Source: Savitreella phatthalungensis (Eukaryota). From it: 64,000 bases of DNA. Positions within the stretch are counted from its first letter, which is position 1. Each line of letters opens with the position of its first letter. The stretch spans positions 372,001 to 436,000 of the forward strand of contig AP039696.1 in the NCBI GenBank assembly GCA_051599415.1, given 5' to 3'. This document shows, in pieces, positions 11,064 to 22,178 of this stretch. The position numbers were made by a program, and so were the translations under genes. The notes under the pieces are model-generated. The model searched no databases. It was given only the letters and a program-made list of their open reading frames with translations, and had not been told where the DNA came from.

Positions 11064-12134
11064 TCACCTGTATGGCCTCACATCTCCATGAGCTAGCTTC
11101 TCTTGGTGATTTGCTTGATCTTGCTCGATTGCGGTTTTGAAGAGCTGAAGATTACCTGCCATTGTGTTTGCTGCGTCATCTACCTTGCCATTCAGTAGAT
11201 CGAGTGCTTGCTGCCAGACCTTGATCTCGCGATCTTGCTCTCTCGACGCCTGCTCTATAGCCTCTAGCCGTGTAGCCACATCTGCCGCCTGCGCGTGGAC
11301 GGCGTGTAGATTTGCAAGCCGCTTTGCAATCACACCGTCATGCCCACCATCGACATCATTCGTTGTGTTTTGTGAATATGCCGGATTGCCCGCATTCTTT
11401 GTGGCGACTGCTGCCGAAGCGGCAGCAAGCTCTTTAAGGCTCGCCAGCCGCTTTGCTAGTGCTTGGTCATCAAGTTCTGCTAGCCACGCGGTTTTCTGGA
11501 GGAGTTGCGTGACCCGATGCGCAAGCCCTTCACCTCCATCACTCCCAACACGCAACCCCAACCAGCCGTCGTCAATCACAGGCGCTAGACTGCGCTCGAT
11601 CCCTGCAAGTCGCTCCTCCATCTGCGCTATCCGCTTAGCGCCCTCAACTGTCTTCGCTACGCGCGCAAGTCCTTCTACAACATCGTCCTCTGCTTGGCTG
11701 TCATCCTCTGCTGTCCCGGTATCACGATCAGTTTGGACGGCGGTCGTTGCAGAGACTTGTGTTCCGGGGAACGCTGACAGAGCGTCTAGATCCTTCGACA
11801 TCTGCTCGAGCTGGCGCTCGAGCGGCCTTTGAGCACTCGCTGCAACGTCGTCCGTGCTATCTGTGCCGTCGTCACGTAGTTCAGCGATTTCGCGCTGGAG
11901 TCTTGCAATGCGCTCCTGTCGAGACTCTTTCGCATTGCGTACTGTGTATCCGCGTGGTCTGACGGCGGCAAAGTCGGGAGCCTGTGGCGGTGTGACATCA
12001 GATCTAGCAAAGCGCGCTCGTGCAGCTTGCGTCCTCAGATTCCCGGTGACGAAGGATGAAGGTGCGGCGGTGTATTCCGGCGGCGGGTGATCTGGCGGAA
12101 GTGCAGGTACGTCAGGCGACTCGTACACCTCCAT
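11064..12134 (-). CDS. Dynactin subunit 2 (dynamitin/p50, Jnm1-like)
   Basis: N-terminal EVYESPD and ESRQERIARLQREIAEL resemble the dynamitin VYET and ETxxxKxxRLxxE motifs; coiled-coil body with IAQMEERLAGIERSL. Confidence 0.72.
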   Translation of the reverse strand: MEVYESPDVPALPPDHPPPEYTAAPSSFVTGNLRTQAARARFARSDVTPPQAPDFAAVRPRGYTVRNAKESRQERIARLQREIAELRDDGTDSTDDVAASAQRPLERQLEQMSKDLDALSAFPGTQVSATTAVQTDRDTGTAEDDSQAEDDVVEGLARVAKTVEGAKRIAQMEERLAGIERSLAPVIDDGWLGLRVGSDGGEGLAHRVTQLLQKTAWLAELDDQALAKRLASLKELAAASAAVATKNAGNPAYSQNTTNDVDGGHDGVIAKRLANLHAVHAQAADVATRLEAIEQASREQDREIKVWQQALDLLNGKVDDAANTMAGNLQLFKTAIEQDQANHQEKLAHGDVRPYR

Positions 12135-12395
12135 TGACGCGAATAGGCCCGGCCAAGGGTTATCACGATTGGTTGTTTGAGTACAGTGATCTGAAAGACG
12201 TGTCCGCTTCTAGTGGTCAGACACACTGTGCAAGGGCGCGTGACGTGATTAATTTCCATGCACGTGCATGGCATGGAATCCGAGACTATGATAAACAGAT
12301 GCCAATTGCTACGCTGTGTCCTGCACGTTGTTGTGGATACTCTGTTCTACTCTACTTTGCCTCGTCATCACATCATATCCGATCCCCTATCGATT

Positions 12396-13568
12396 TCAGG
12401 AGACGATCGCGACATTCGTAATGTCGGTTGTTGACCAAGTGGTTGCAATGTTCTGTGCAAAGGTTGCGTCGAAGGTGGTTGATTGAGGGAGGACGATGAT
12501 TGAGATCTGGCTTGTGGCTGCGGTGAATAGGACTGCAGCCTTGAGTGTGCCTTGCGTAGGTCTGGCGAAGTAGTTTGAGGAGCCTGCGCCGCCGCCGGAG
12601 TAGGTGTGGAGGGTGGTGGTCGCGTAGTCTAGACCGCCTGATAGAACTTCGAATAGGTCGAGCTCACCACAGCCGGTCTGCCAGCAGGAGCAAGCACCGT
12701 ACTGCTGCGACCGTGGGATCTGCCCATTCAGCATCCAGACGGCAGGCATGTCTCCGTTGAACGTGCCGATCTTCGACGGGTCTGACGGCATGGAGAACTC
12801 CATGAGGAAGAGCTTGTTGGCGCCTGAGAAACCGACATACGCAGGCACTCCAGGTGACACGTACCCGCAGGTTGCAGACGTGCATGCTTCCGCGGAGAAT
12901 ACGCTGAATTCTGTATTGGATGGCAATGTGACATCGCCAAGGACCTGCGGCTGTGCTGCCGCGCCCTGGCCGTCGACTGAAGCGTATGACAGGGAGTTTC
13001 CAAAGCACGATGACCATGTACCGCTACCATTGACGCCGCCCATGTTGTTGAGAAAGACGAGATTGTCAGACGTGCCGCTTGCAGAATTGTAATATGACGA
13101 CCGCTGCCAGACTGTACTCGTCGATGTGACTGCTGCCGCTGATGGAGACGTCGATGTCATCGTTGTCGAAGTCGTTGTTGCAGTGGACGTAGTCGATTGC
13201 GTTGCAGGTGTTGTAAGCATTGAGATCGGTGGTGGCAAGGTGTAAACTGCTTGGTCACGCTTGCGATGAGCCACTGTGGTGATTGTCGCCAGGTTATAGA
13301 CTGCGAGCTGCTTGAGCGAGATTGGCCCACGGAAATGTATACTCAAATCCTCGTCCAGCGGAGACAGTGGGCCCGAGAAGGGTTGCGCTGACTTTGTGCA
13401 AGTACATGAGTCTGCGTCCATGTTCGTGACTCGCTGATAGGTTCCGGGAACTCCCCCGAGACCTGTATAGACGACTTCTGATGTTTCGCTGCAGTACCAA
13501 TTGCCTTGAATGAATGAGCACGAAGATGCGCTTGCGGCGACTGTCCACGCTAGCAACCCGAGAAGCAT
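12396..13568 (-). CDS. Secreted TOS1/PGA52-like cell-wall putative glycosidase (DUF2403+DUF2401)
   Basis: Signal peptide; GNWYC, LSPLDEDLSIHFRGP, FLNNMGG, FGNSLSY, DMPAVWMLN, GCGELDLFE (ExDxxE); Ser/Thr-rich linker. Confidence 0.92.
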   Translation of the reverse strand: MLLGLLAWTVAASASSCSFIQGNWYCSETSEVVYTGLGGVPGTYQRVTNMDADSCTCTKSAQPFSGPLSPLDEDLSIHFRGPISLKQLAVYNLATITTVAHRKRDQAVYTLPPPISMLTTPATQSTTSTATTTSTTMTSTSPSAAAVTSTSTVWQRSSYYNSASGTSDNLVFLNNMGGVNGSGTWSSCFGNSLSYASVDGQGAAAQPQVLGDVTLPSNTEFSVFSAEACTSATCGYVSPGVPAYVGFSGANKLFLMEFSMPSDPSKIGTFNGDMPAVWMLNGQIPRSQQYGACSCWQTGCGELDLFEVLSGGLDYATTTLHTYSGGGAGSSNYFARPTQGTLKAAVLFTAATSQISIIVLPQSTTFDATFAQNIATTWSTTDITNVAIVS

Positions 13569-14101
13569 GATGCTTGTGTCCTGATGATGATGATGGTGAT
13601 GGTGTTGCTCTTCAGGTTGATAAGTGATGTTCGTCGAATATATGTTGTCGCGTCGTGGTTTGGATGAGGGAGCGGATATCGGACATTTCTCTTGGCAAGT
13701 CGTTCATCTTTCGATGACCGATTGACGCAGTACAGAATAGCCGACTCTCTATGACCGGCTAGCTGCCTCTGGAGAGAAAACCTCTTTGTGTATTTAGTCT
13801 GATTTCCCGCAGAGGATTACGCCCGAAGAGTGTTTTCGATGCTTCGATTGTCATCTCTGTAATTTCCTGATTAGGCAGGCGTCTAGTTGATTTTTGTTGA
13901 TTTTCTGCCTGATTTGGATTCCATCTCAGAAATTAGAATCCTGGTAACCATACGTTGATTGATAGTTGACCCGTCAGCAGTGCCACAAGAAATTCATGCA
14001 TAGAAATCTCCACAGAGACAAGAAGGAGTATGAGAAGGGATTACCCAGGGTTCGGTGCTTCGCTTGCTCACTTGCTTACTTGCTTCCTCGGGCTTAGCAC
14101 C

Positions 14102-15223
14102 TCAGTCGGGCTCATCTTCAGCTTCTCCAAACTGACCAAGATGCACGGTACTTGCAATCGGCACCGTGATCTTTTCCCACTGCTCGGCAGCATACTCGTC
14201 CACAATCTTGGCTGCTAGCTTCGAGACTGATTCGAGTCTCGGCCGATCGAGATCCCGGGTAGGATACCTGGCACAGTCGTCTGTGAGGTGGCCGATGAGT
14301 GCGCCTGATGAGGCAAGTTGTGCGAGGATGCGTGCTGGATTGAATTCATCGGCGAGCGGATCGATCTGCTGTGTGGAGACGAGGTGACGTGTGTCTGCGA
14401 GGAGCATGGCAGCTGCTGTGGCAAATCCTTCGATATCGTCCTTGCCGTCGAGCTTGAGTGGTGTCTCTGCAAACTTGCCGCCGTGAAGGAGCGTGCACGC
14501 TGGGTGATCGGCCGCAGGCAGCCGGATCGCATGCGGCAGATGCACACCCAGATACTGTGCCAGTGATCTGACGAGCCGCGCAACCGTGGTCATTGCCGCG
14601 CCAGTGACCTCCGACGGATAGTCCTTGATCCTGAGAAGCGATGGCACCGGCACAGCCCCCACACGATACGCCTTGCCTGCAAGAAGCCCGCTCTTAGCAT
14701 CTGCCGACAACGCTGCTGCTTCGGGCGCAGTGATGGCCGGTCTGAGACTGTAGAAGTCTAGCGCTTGGACCAGTAGCTGCCTCCTGCGCTGCTGGATGCG
14801 CTCCGCGATTTCCTTCCACTGCCGCCTGCGAGTGCGCGTGTGTGACCTGAGTTTTGTGAGCGCTGTGGATGCAGACTCGTCCAGCTCTGATTTTGCATGA
14901 TCGAGCGTGCTGCGACGGCGGTTGACCTTGTCCCTGAGGTCGTCGAGGGTCTTCTGTGCTTCTGCCGCGAGCGATCTCGTGTACGCTGCCTCTCTGCCGA
15001 TGTTCCCGAGCCTGAACGACATCTCCCGCCGCACGCTCCCGACGCGCACACCTTCCCCGCCAGCAGCGTCTGCGACCCGCGCTGCCCATGAACCCACATG
15101 TGTACATGCCTCACCCCGCTTCGCCAAGAACGCATTCACATTCAACCGCACACATCCGCCGCACACATACGCCTCTCGTGCTTTCCCACACACTCGGCAG
15201 TAGCACGACCGCGGCTGCGTCAT
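14102..15223 (-). CDS. Atg14/Vps38(UVRAG)-like PI3-kinase complex subunit
   Basis: ATG at 15223 (MTQPRSC); CxxC..CxxC, long coiled coil, then LAQYLGVHLPHAI typical of the Atg14/UVRAG domain. The ORF-track start at 15298 is a GTG. Confidence 0.72.
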   Translation of the reverse strand: MTQPRSCYCRVCGKAREAYVCGGCVRLNVNAFLAKRGEACTHVGSWAARVADAAGGEGVRVGSVRREMSFRLGNIGREAAYTRSLAAEAQKTLDDLRDKVNRRRSTLDHAKSELDESASTALTKLRSHTRTRRRQWKEIAERIQQRRRQLLVQALDFYSLRPAITAPEAAALSADAKSGLLAGKAYRVGAVPVPSLLRIKDYPSEVTGAAMTTVARLVRSLAQYLGVHLPHAIRLPAADHPACTLLHGGKFAETPLKLDGKDDIEGFATAAAMLLADTRHLVSTQQIDPLADEFNPARILAQLASSGALIGHLTDDCARYPTRDLDRPRLESVSKLAAKIVDEYAAEQWEKITVPIASTVHLGQFGEAEDEPD

Positions 15224-15427
15224 CGATCGTCGCTCGATTCCATTCCTCTCGTCGATGCGTCGAGCGTGTATGTGTATATGTGAGCCTGTCTCCTTCACTT
15301 GCCTGCAGGCGCGCGTGCATGCATGTGCGCGTGTGATATCTGACGTCGACGTCGATCGATCAATTCAAATTTTCCGTTAACGCTTCACACCGATGCACCA
15401 CAATGGAAAGACACCCACGACGTCTAT

Positions 15428-16270
15428 ATGGATGCACAGACGTGGTGTCCTGACCACCGTCCAACGACATCCATGGGCAAGAAGACCAAGACCACCGGCA
15501 ACTCTCGTCCTGTGCAATCATCCATCACATTCCCGGCCTTCGCACCTCACGCTGCATACGAGCCCCCTGCTTCTTCTGTGGTGGTCTTGAACGACCAGCT
15601 CGTGCTGCTGCCTGACTTGCTGAGCGTCCGGTCTCGTGAGACGTTTCTGCGATGGTTTGTGGAGGTGGTAAGACCACTGATGTCTGAGGCGCGGCCTCCT
15701 GGCAAGGGTGAGGCTACGCGGACGAACGCTCGATTCTCCGTCGATGATCCGGAATTCGCTAGGCGTCTGTTTGAGGATGGTGGTGTCCGGGAGCGGTGTG
15801 ACGAGATCGAGTGTGTGCGTGAAAGCGCCGGCAAGAGATTGGTAGGGCTTAATAGCAATATCAGGGTCTACAGGTACCCGCAGGGTACGTACTTCGGTCC
15901 GCACTATGACGAGAGTGTGGCATCGACCGTGCTGGTCGGTGGGGACGGGGAAGGCGAGAGGCTCATCAGGGCGCAGTCAAGGTGGACCTTGTTGATTTAT
16001 TTGCTTGAGGGAGAGGTTCAGGGCGGGGAGACCTCGTTCGATGTGCCGTCTGATGAAGCTACTTCAATCTCTAGGGAGTATTTGCTGGAGACGGATGATC
16101 TGTTACGGAAAAATGGAGCAGCGCGCTCACGTGTGGTCAAAGTGGCGCCGAAGCTCGCTGGAGGAATGGCATTACTTCATAAGCACGGTAACGACTGCCT
16201 GCTTCATGAAGGAAGAGTCGTAAGGTCTGGCGTGAAGTGGGTGTTGAGGACGGATCTCATGTACATATGA
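15428..16270 (+). CDS. 2-oxoglutarate/Fe(II)-dependent oxygenase (prolyl-4-hydroxylase-like)
   Basis: GLNSNIRVYRY, FGPHYD (HxD), WTLLIYL, GGET, LLHEG, KWVLRTD; the true start may be the second Met (MGKK, 15473). Confidence 0.9.
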   Translation: MDAQTWCPDHRPTTSMGKKTKTTGNSRPVQSSITFPAFAPHAAYEPPASSVVVLNDQLVLLPDLLSVRSRETFLRWFVEVVRPLMSEARPPGKGEATRTNARFSVDDPEFARRLFEDGGVRERCDEIECVRESAGKRLVGLNSNIRVYRYPQGTYFGPHYDESVASTVLVGGDGEGERLIRAQSRWTLLIYLLEGEVQGGETSFDVPSDEATSISREYLLETDDLLRKNGAARSRVVKVAPKLAGGMALLHKHGNDCLLHEGRVVRSGVKWVLRTDLMYI

Positions 16271-16400
16271 CGAGTGATGAAGTCAAGAAGAGGTTAATGG
16301 GTAAATGCGGGGCTATGTAAGAGGAGAAAGAGAAGTCTACGATGCCAGATGACGGGTTATGTCGGGGAAGGGTGATATTGTGGGCGGTGTTTGTGGTTGA

Positions 16401-19400
16401 TTAGACGAATTTGCCGCCGACCCACTCTGACCAACGGCGGACTTCCGAAGGTGTTCCTGCATTCGCGTTACCACCTTCCTTTGTGGTCGGCAACTTGAGC
16501 TCGAGTGCTTGTGCGAAGAGGACTGCGCACTTTGGATCGTTGACGAGCGGGATGTTGAAGTCAACGCAGTTACGACGCTGCACGTAGTCCTCGTCAAGGA
16601 CGTCGCGACCGCGAGCGGATGCCAGGTTAATGACCGCATCGATGTTATACTTCTGGAAGACGCGGCGGAGCTCACGCTTGTCTGTCTTTGGGAATTCAAT
16701 CACAGAGCAGAGGTCTTCGTTGATCGCCTCGTTGATGTGCGTCTTGACAGACTCGTTTGATGCGTAGAATTTGTAGCCGAGCGGCTTGAGGATCTTCGCG
16801 ACCTCGGACAGCTCAGGCTTGTTGATATCGCCACCGAACAGGATACCGTTTCCAGGCTTAGGCACACGGAAGTTCTGAGTCGATTGGAGGGTGGTCCAGT
16901 ATGCCTCGCGCGGGTCAGTACCGAAGCAAGCGACCTCACCAGTTGAAGCCATTTCGACGCCGAGGTAAGGGTCCGCACCGGCCAACCGGGTCCAGGAGAA
17001 TTGTGGCACCTTGATCGAGACAAAGTCGCGCTTCTGCTGCATGATGTCCACCGGCTCGGGCACGTCACGGCCGGTGATGGCCTTGGTGGCGACCTCGATG
17101 AAGTTGACGCCTAGGACCTTTGAGACGAATGGGAAGGAGCGCGATGCGCGGAGGTTGCACTCGATCACCTTGAGAGCAGGCTCTGCGCCTCCTTCGTCAG
17201 CCTGGATAATCTGCATGTTGAATGGACCAGTGATCTTGAATCCCTGGGCGACACGGGACGCGATGTCCTTAAGACGAGCCATGGTGCTGTCGGCGAGGCC
17301 AACCGGTGGGAGGATGAGCGTGGCATCACCAGAGTGCACACCAGCGTTCTCGACGTGCTCAGACACAGCGTGGATGAGAAGCTTGCCGTTGTGGGCGACA
17401 GCGTCAACGTCGATTTCACGTGCACCTTCGATGAACTTGGTGATGACGACCGGATGGTCAGGCGAAACGGCAGCGGCGTTTGTCAGACGGTCTTCCAGCG
17501 ACTCCTCGGAGTGGATGACGGACATTGCTGCTCCGGAAAGGACATAGGATGGACGGACGAGGACTGGGTAGCCGACTTCGCGAGCAAAGTCACGAGCGTC
17601 CTCGAAAGACGAAAGCTCCTTCCAACGAGGCTGGTCAAGACCAAGCTTGTCGAGGATTTGCGAGAACTTGTAACGGTCTTCGGCAGAGTCGATGTCGCGC
17701 GGGTCAGTACCAAGTACCTTGGCGCCTGCGTCCTGAAGCTTGAGGGCGATATTCTGAGGCAGCTGTCCACCGACAGAGACAACGACACCTTGAGCAGCCT
17801 CCATCTCGTAGATGTCCATGACGCGCTCGAAGCTGAGCTCCTCGAAGTAGAGGCGGTCGCACTCGTCGTAATCGGTCGATACAGTCTCTGGGTTGTAGTT
17901 GACCGCGATGGTCTTCTTGCCAATCTTGCGGAGACCACGGGTTGCGGAGACACCACACCAGTCGAACTCGACGGACGAACCGATGCGGTAGACACCGGAA
18001 CCAAGGACCATGGTGCCGTGCTCGTCAAACTCGACGTCGTGGGTAGAAGCATTGTAGGTGGTGTAAAGGTAGTTGGTGTCTGCTGGAAACTCTGCGGCAA
18101 GGGTGTCAATACGCTTGACCCACGGCTTCACGCCGAATGACTGACGACGAGCGCGGACGGAGAGCTCGTCACTGCCGACTGCTTGGGCGATTTGTTTGTC
18201 AGAGAAGCCGAGTTTCTTCGCGCGGGTCATGATGTCCTGGTTGACGCCGTATAGAGAACCGATCGCCTCCAACTCCTTGCGCATCTCGACGATGTTTTCC
18301 AGCTTGAAGAGGAACCAAGGGTCGATCTTAGTCAGGTCGTGGATCTTCTCAACCGAGTAGCCCTTGTCAAACATGGCGTTACCGACAGCGAAGAGGCGGC
18401 GGTCGGTTGGCACGCTGAGAGCGTGGTCGAGGTCGTCAACGGGAAGCGACTGGAAGCCCACAAATCCTGGGTCGACTTGGCGCACGGCTTTCTGAAGGGA
18501 TTCTTCGAAGGTACGACCGATAGCCATAACTTCACCAACAGACTTCATGGCTGAGCCGATTTCGCGGTTCACGTACTGGAACTTGGACAAATCCCATCGG
18601 GGAATCTTGGTGACGATATAGTCGAGGGAAGGCTCGAAGTTGGCGGTGGTGGTCTTGGTAACTGCGTTAGGTAGCTCAGGCAGGGTGTGTCCGAGGGCAA
18701 TCTTGGCAGCAGTGTAGGCAAGCGGGTAGCCCGTAGCCTTTGAAGCGAGGGCAGAAGAACGAGAGAGACGTGCGTTGACTTCGATCACACGGTAGTCGAG
18801 GCCTGATGGGTGGAGGGCGTACTGCACGTTGCACTCGCCGACAACGCCGAGGTGACGGATGATCTTGATGGCGGCAGTACGAAGCATGTGGTACTCCTCA
18901 TCAGACAGGGTCTGTGACGGGGCAACGACGATGGAGTCTCCAGTGTGAGTGCCGAGCGGGTCGAAGTTCTCCATGTTGCAGACCGTGATACAGTTGTTTG
19001 CAGCATCGCGGACCACTTCGTACTCGAGCTCCTTCCAGCCCTTGAGAGACTTCTCGACCAAGATTTGAGGCGTTAGTGAAAGAGACTTGGCCGAAAGGTC
19101 GCGAAGCTCTTCCTCGCTGTCTGCGAAGCCGGAACCAAGACCACCAAGAGAGTAAGCGGAACGGATGATGACGGGGTAACCAATTTTTGCTGCGACTGTG
19201 AGGGCGTCTTCGACTGTCTCGACTGCGACGGATTCTGCGATGGGAATATCGATCTCGTTCAGCGCTTTGGAGAAGAGATCACGGTCCTCAGAGGTCTCGA
19301 GTGTCTTGATGGGTGTTCCGAGAACCTTGACGTTGAGGCGATCGAAGACACCCATGCGGTTGAGCTGGACGCCGACGTTGAGGGCTGTCTGCCCACCGAA

Positions 19401-19847
19401 AGTGAGAAGGATACCGTCTGGACGTTCGCGCTCGAGGATGTGTGAGATGTACTCTGGTGTGACTGGCAGGTAGTAGACTTCATCTGCCATGTCGTGGGAC
19501 GTCTGAATGGTAGCAATATTGGGGTTGATGAGGATCGTCTCGACATTGGACTCTTTCATGGCCTTGATCGCCTGAGCACCAGAGTAGTCGAACTCTCCAG
19601 CCTGACCGATAGAGAGACCTCCAGATCCAACAATGAGGACCTTCTTGACGTCGACACGCTTCGAATGTGCATCGCCAAAGACTCCGGACTGGGCGTACTC
19701 TGTCAGCGTAGGCTTATGATCTGTCTCGCTCGGGGTGGCCTTGACGGTAGCCGTGCTAGAGAATGGTGCGGCGCGTTGACGGATAGAGGTGACCCGCGGC
19801 AGGGCTCCCGAGCGGGCCACGCGACAGAAGCGAGGCAGGACCCACAT
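16401..19847 (-). CDS. CPA2: Arginine-specific carbamoyl-phosphate synthase large chain, mitochondrial precursor
   Basis: 1148 aa; Arg-rich presequence; GSGGLSIGQAGEFDYSG, two ATP-grasp domains, GSGVYRIGSSVEFDW, C-terminal MGS-like domain; no GAT/DHO/ATC fusion. Confidence 0.97.
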   Translation of the reverse strand: MWVLPRFCRVARSGALPRVTSIRQRAAPFSSTATVKATPSETDHKPTLTEYAQSGVFGDAHSKRVDVKKVLIVGSGGLSIGQAGEFDYSGAQAIKAMKESNVETILINPNIATIQTSHDMADEVYYLPVTPEYISHILERERPDGILLTFGGQTALNVGVQLNRMGVFDRLNVKVLGTPIKTLETSEDRDLFSKALNEIDIPIAESVAVETVEDALTVAAKIGYPVIIRSAYSLGGLGSGFADSEEELRDLSAKSLSLTPQILVEKSLKGWKELEYEVVRDAANNCITVCNMENFDPLGTHTGDSIVVAPSQTLSDEEYHMLRTAAIKIIRHLGVVGECNVQYALHPSGLDYRVIEVNARLSRSSALASKATGYPLAYTAAKIALGHTLPELPNAVTKTTTANFEPSLDYIVTKIPRWDLSKFQYVNREIGSAMKSVGEVMAIGRTFEESLQKAVRQVDPGFVGFQSLPVDDLDHALSVPTDRRLFAVGNAMFDKGYSVEKIHDLTKIDPWFLFKLENIVEMRKELEAIGSLYGVNQDIMTRAKKLGFSDKQIAQAVGSDELSVRARRQSFGVKPWVKRIDTLAAEFPADTNYLYTTYNASTHDVEFDEHGTMVLGSGVYRIGSSVEFDWCGVSATRGLRKIGKKTIAVNYNPETVSTDYDECDRLYFEELSFERVMDIYEMEAAQGVVVSVGGQLPQNIALKLQDAGAKVLGTDPRDIDSAEDRYKFSQILDKLGLDQPRWKELSSFEDARDFAREVGYPVLVRPSYVLSGAAMSVIHSEESLEDRLTNAAAVSPDHPVVITKFIEGAREIDVDAVAHNGKLLIHAVSEHVENAGVHSGDATLILPPVGLADSTMARLKDIASRVAQGFKITGPFNMQIIQADEGGAEPALKVIECNLRASRSFPFVSKVLGVNFIEVATKAITGRDVPEPVDIMQQKRDFVSIKVPQFSWTRLAGADPYLGVEMASTGEVACFGTDPREAYWTTLQSTQNFRVPKPGNGILFGGDINKPELSEVAKILKPLGYKFYASNESVKTHINEAINEDLCSVIEFPKTDKRELRRVFQKYNIDAVINLASARGRDVLDEDYVQRRNCVDFNIPLVNDPKCAVLFAQALELKLPTTKEGGNANAGTPSEVRRWSEWVGGKFV

Positions 19848-20204
19848 GAGAGCTGATAGGGAGGGTACGTGCAGCCTGCTGGCAGATTTCCAAGTGGCCT
19901 ATGCCCAAGAGAGACAAGCTCGGAGGGGGATGAGAATTTGATTAGATAGGTAGGTGGTTGATGGGCAGGCTGGCGAGGCAAGGCGAGATGAAGTAGTAGA
20001 TCAGGAGATATTTTTGAGCTGAATGGAAGATTGTCTGTGTGGCTCTGGCGTGAGGTGGACAGAGGCAGTGAATGAGTGAGTCAGTGACTCTACGAAGAGA
20101 GAGAGAGAGAGTGTGAGAGACTGAGTGAGTAGAGTAGAGGTAGTGACGATGGTGGTAATGGTTGTGCAAAGACTCTGTCTACCGTTACTCCCGTAACTCC
20201 TACC

Positions 20205-20243
20205 GCTACTGCTACTGCTACTGCTACTGCTTCTGCTTCTGCT
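20205..20243 (+). repeat. (GCTACT/GCTTCT)n hexanucleotide repeat upstream of CPA2
   Basis: gctact x4 then gcttct x2. Confidence 0.85.
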
Positions 20244-21023
20244 TTTCCAAATGAGTGAGGACCATTATCTGACACGGGATTTTTCCTTGCTTTTGCTAAA
20301 GCTGCTGTACATTCTGATTTCCATGCATTCAACTTCAGACTTTCTGTGACCCACAAAAAAAAAGAGTTTTTGAAAAAAGTTTTTCTGTTCTGACTTTCCA
20401 AACGGAATTGATCAATCTCAAATGGGTGAACGCGATAGATAAGAAATTCCGATGGATTAAGACATCTACAGCGAGCTAATAATCTCTTGGATAGATAAGC
20501 ATAAAAACCAGAGAACAGAAATAGGTGAGACACAGACAGACATGCAGTATAGCTATAGATGCGTCTTCTGCATATGTTCAACTGATAAGATTATACCGTA
20601 CGTATGGAAGTTCAGTCGCACACGTGCAAACATTTCAGCAACACCGGCCGACCGTATGGATGCACAGTTTAGCACAGGATCGATTGACTGACTGGTCTGT
20701 TGACCGAGAAGTGACCCAGGTAACAAGTGAGTGGCGGACTGACTGAACTTCTGGCTAGAGCATCATTCCGCCTCCAGGTCTGATCCTCACTCAAGAGCCA
20801 TGTGTAGACCGGTCACTTACGCCTAATCATCCAATATCACGCAACCACGTGCAAGGAGCACCTCATGGATGCACCACCAGCTTTCCATACACGAGCCTTT
20901 TCACACAGACACAAGGCTGCCAGAACGCGCTATGCATGTATGACCGTGACCTTCTCCTCATATCAGAATGAAATGCATGCTATATCTGACCGATCGTGTT
21001 TTGTCTAGTGATCACTCACTCAC

Positions 21024-22178
21024 TCACTCTCGCTTATTTGATCTCTTCTCGATCGCGTAGGCTGCTCGATCAAAGAATGCTCCGAGTGCTAGGACGCCGC
21101 CGATAGTTGACATGACGCCAACGAGGAAGCCAGAAAAGCTTCCACGCTTCTCAACCTCAATGATCTTCAGAGGTGAGATGTCATAGCTGAAAAATACACC
21201 TGGCATCCCGCCGCGAGCATTGATGTGGGTAGGGTCATCTCGATCTGCGCCGCCCATGATACTCCGGTCGTGTGCAGTGACAGAGTACGTCATCGTGTTC
21301 AGGGACGACCCATCCAGCTTGTGCTTCGTCTGCGACACTGTCCGAAGGAAGTAGACGTAGTGGTGGGCAGTTTCGTCCGTCTTGGCGATCGTGTTGTCTA
21401 GCGGGTTGTTGTGCTGCTTTCCTGCTGCGCTTGCACCGAATGAGAGGTGGTGGATCTGGTGAGTGAAGGAGTGCTTGCTCTCGTCCATCAGGAAACTCCG
21501 AATGTCATGCACGTGCTGGCCCGTCTGCGTCGCCACCGACTTGCCCGGCGCAAAGTGGAAGCTCCCAATCACCCGGTTGACATGCAGCATTCCCTTGACT
21601 CTGCAACCTTCGTGAGACTCCTTCTCCAGCTGCTCCTTGTAATGTTCATCTTTGCATTGTGCAATTGCATCGTAATTGTCAATCGACCAGCCCACAGCCG
21701 TATATGCATTCCGAACGTCTTCGCACGTGTTGCAGCACTCCGTCTCTGGCTTTGCACCGTAGCACGTCCCACAGTAATCTGCACCTTTGGCACCGTCCTT
21801 CCCGCCCCGACTGTGACCCAGCTCCAACTTGCTCGCCTCAATCTCTCGACCCTTCTCGTCCAGCCGCAGCTTCACCATGTCGTGCTCGATGTTGTGCTGC
21901 TGCTCGCCCGTGTTGTCCATCAGGTCGAGCGACAGCATCCTGCATGGGATCTGAGGAAAGGATATATCCAGGTTGATGTTCATCCGCTCCTGCCGCGATG
22001 TGTCGACGACCAATTCTGGATGGACTGTCACTTTCCGATAAGCGTTCCATTCGCCTATTGTGAGAAAGAAGATGACGAGACATGAGACGAGCGTGACGAT
22101 GCCACCACTATTCGTACGAATCACTGCTTCATCGCTCGCCTTCTCGTACAGATCAAAGGCTTTGAATCGTCTGCCCAT
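21024..22178 (-). CDS. ERV46: ER-Golgi vesicle protein Erv46 (ERGIC3 family)
   Basis: FD.Y.K..RT.SGG plus TM, YCGTCYGA, CCNTCEDVR, EGC, GSFHFAPG, PGVFFSYDISP, C-terminal TM with IGG. Confidence 0.95.
   Translation of the reverse strand: MGRRFKAFDLYEKASDEAVIRTNSGGIVTLVSCLVIFFLTIGEWNAYRKVTVHPELVVDTSRQERMNINLDISFPQIPCRMLSLDLMDNTGEQQHNIEHDMVKLRLDEKGREIEASKLELGHSRGGKDGAKGADYCGTCYGAKPETECCNTCEDVRNAYTAVGWSIDNYDAIAQCKDEHYKEQLEKESHEGCRVKGMLHVNRVIGSFHFAPGKSVATQTGQHVHDIRSFLMDESKHSFTHQIHHLSFGASAAGKQHNNPLDNTIAKTDETAHHYVYFLRTVSQTKHKLDGSSLNTMTYSVTAHDRSIMGGADRDDPTHINARGGMPGVFFSYDISPLKIIEVEKRGSFSGFLVGVMSTIGGVLALGAFFDRAAYAIEKRSNKRE

Noticed and set aside
19848..20170. Arginine attenuator uORF ahead of the CPS gene
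   Set aside because: No upstream ATG in the proximal leader I read; the attenuator peptide belongs to the small-subunit gene (CPA1/arg-2), not this large subunit.
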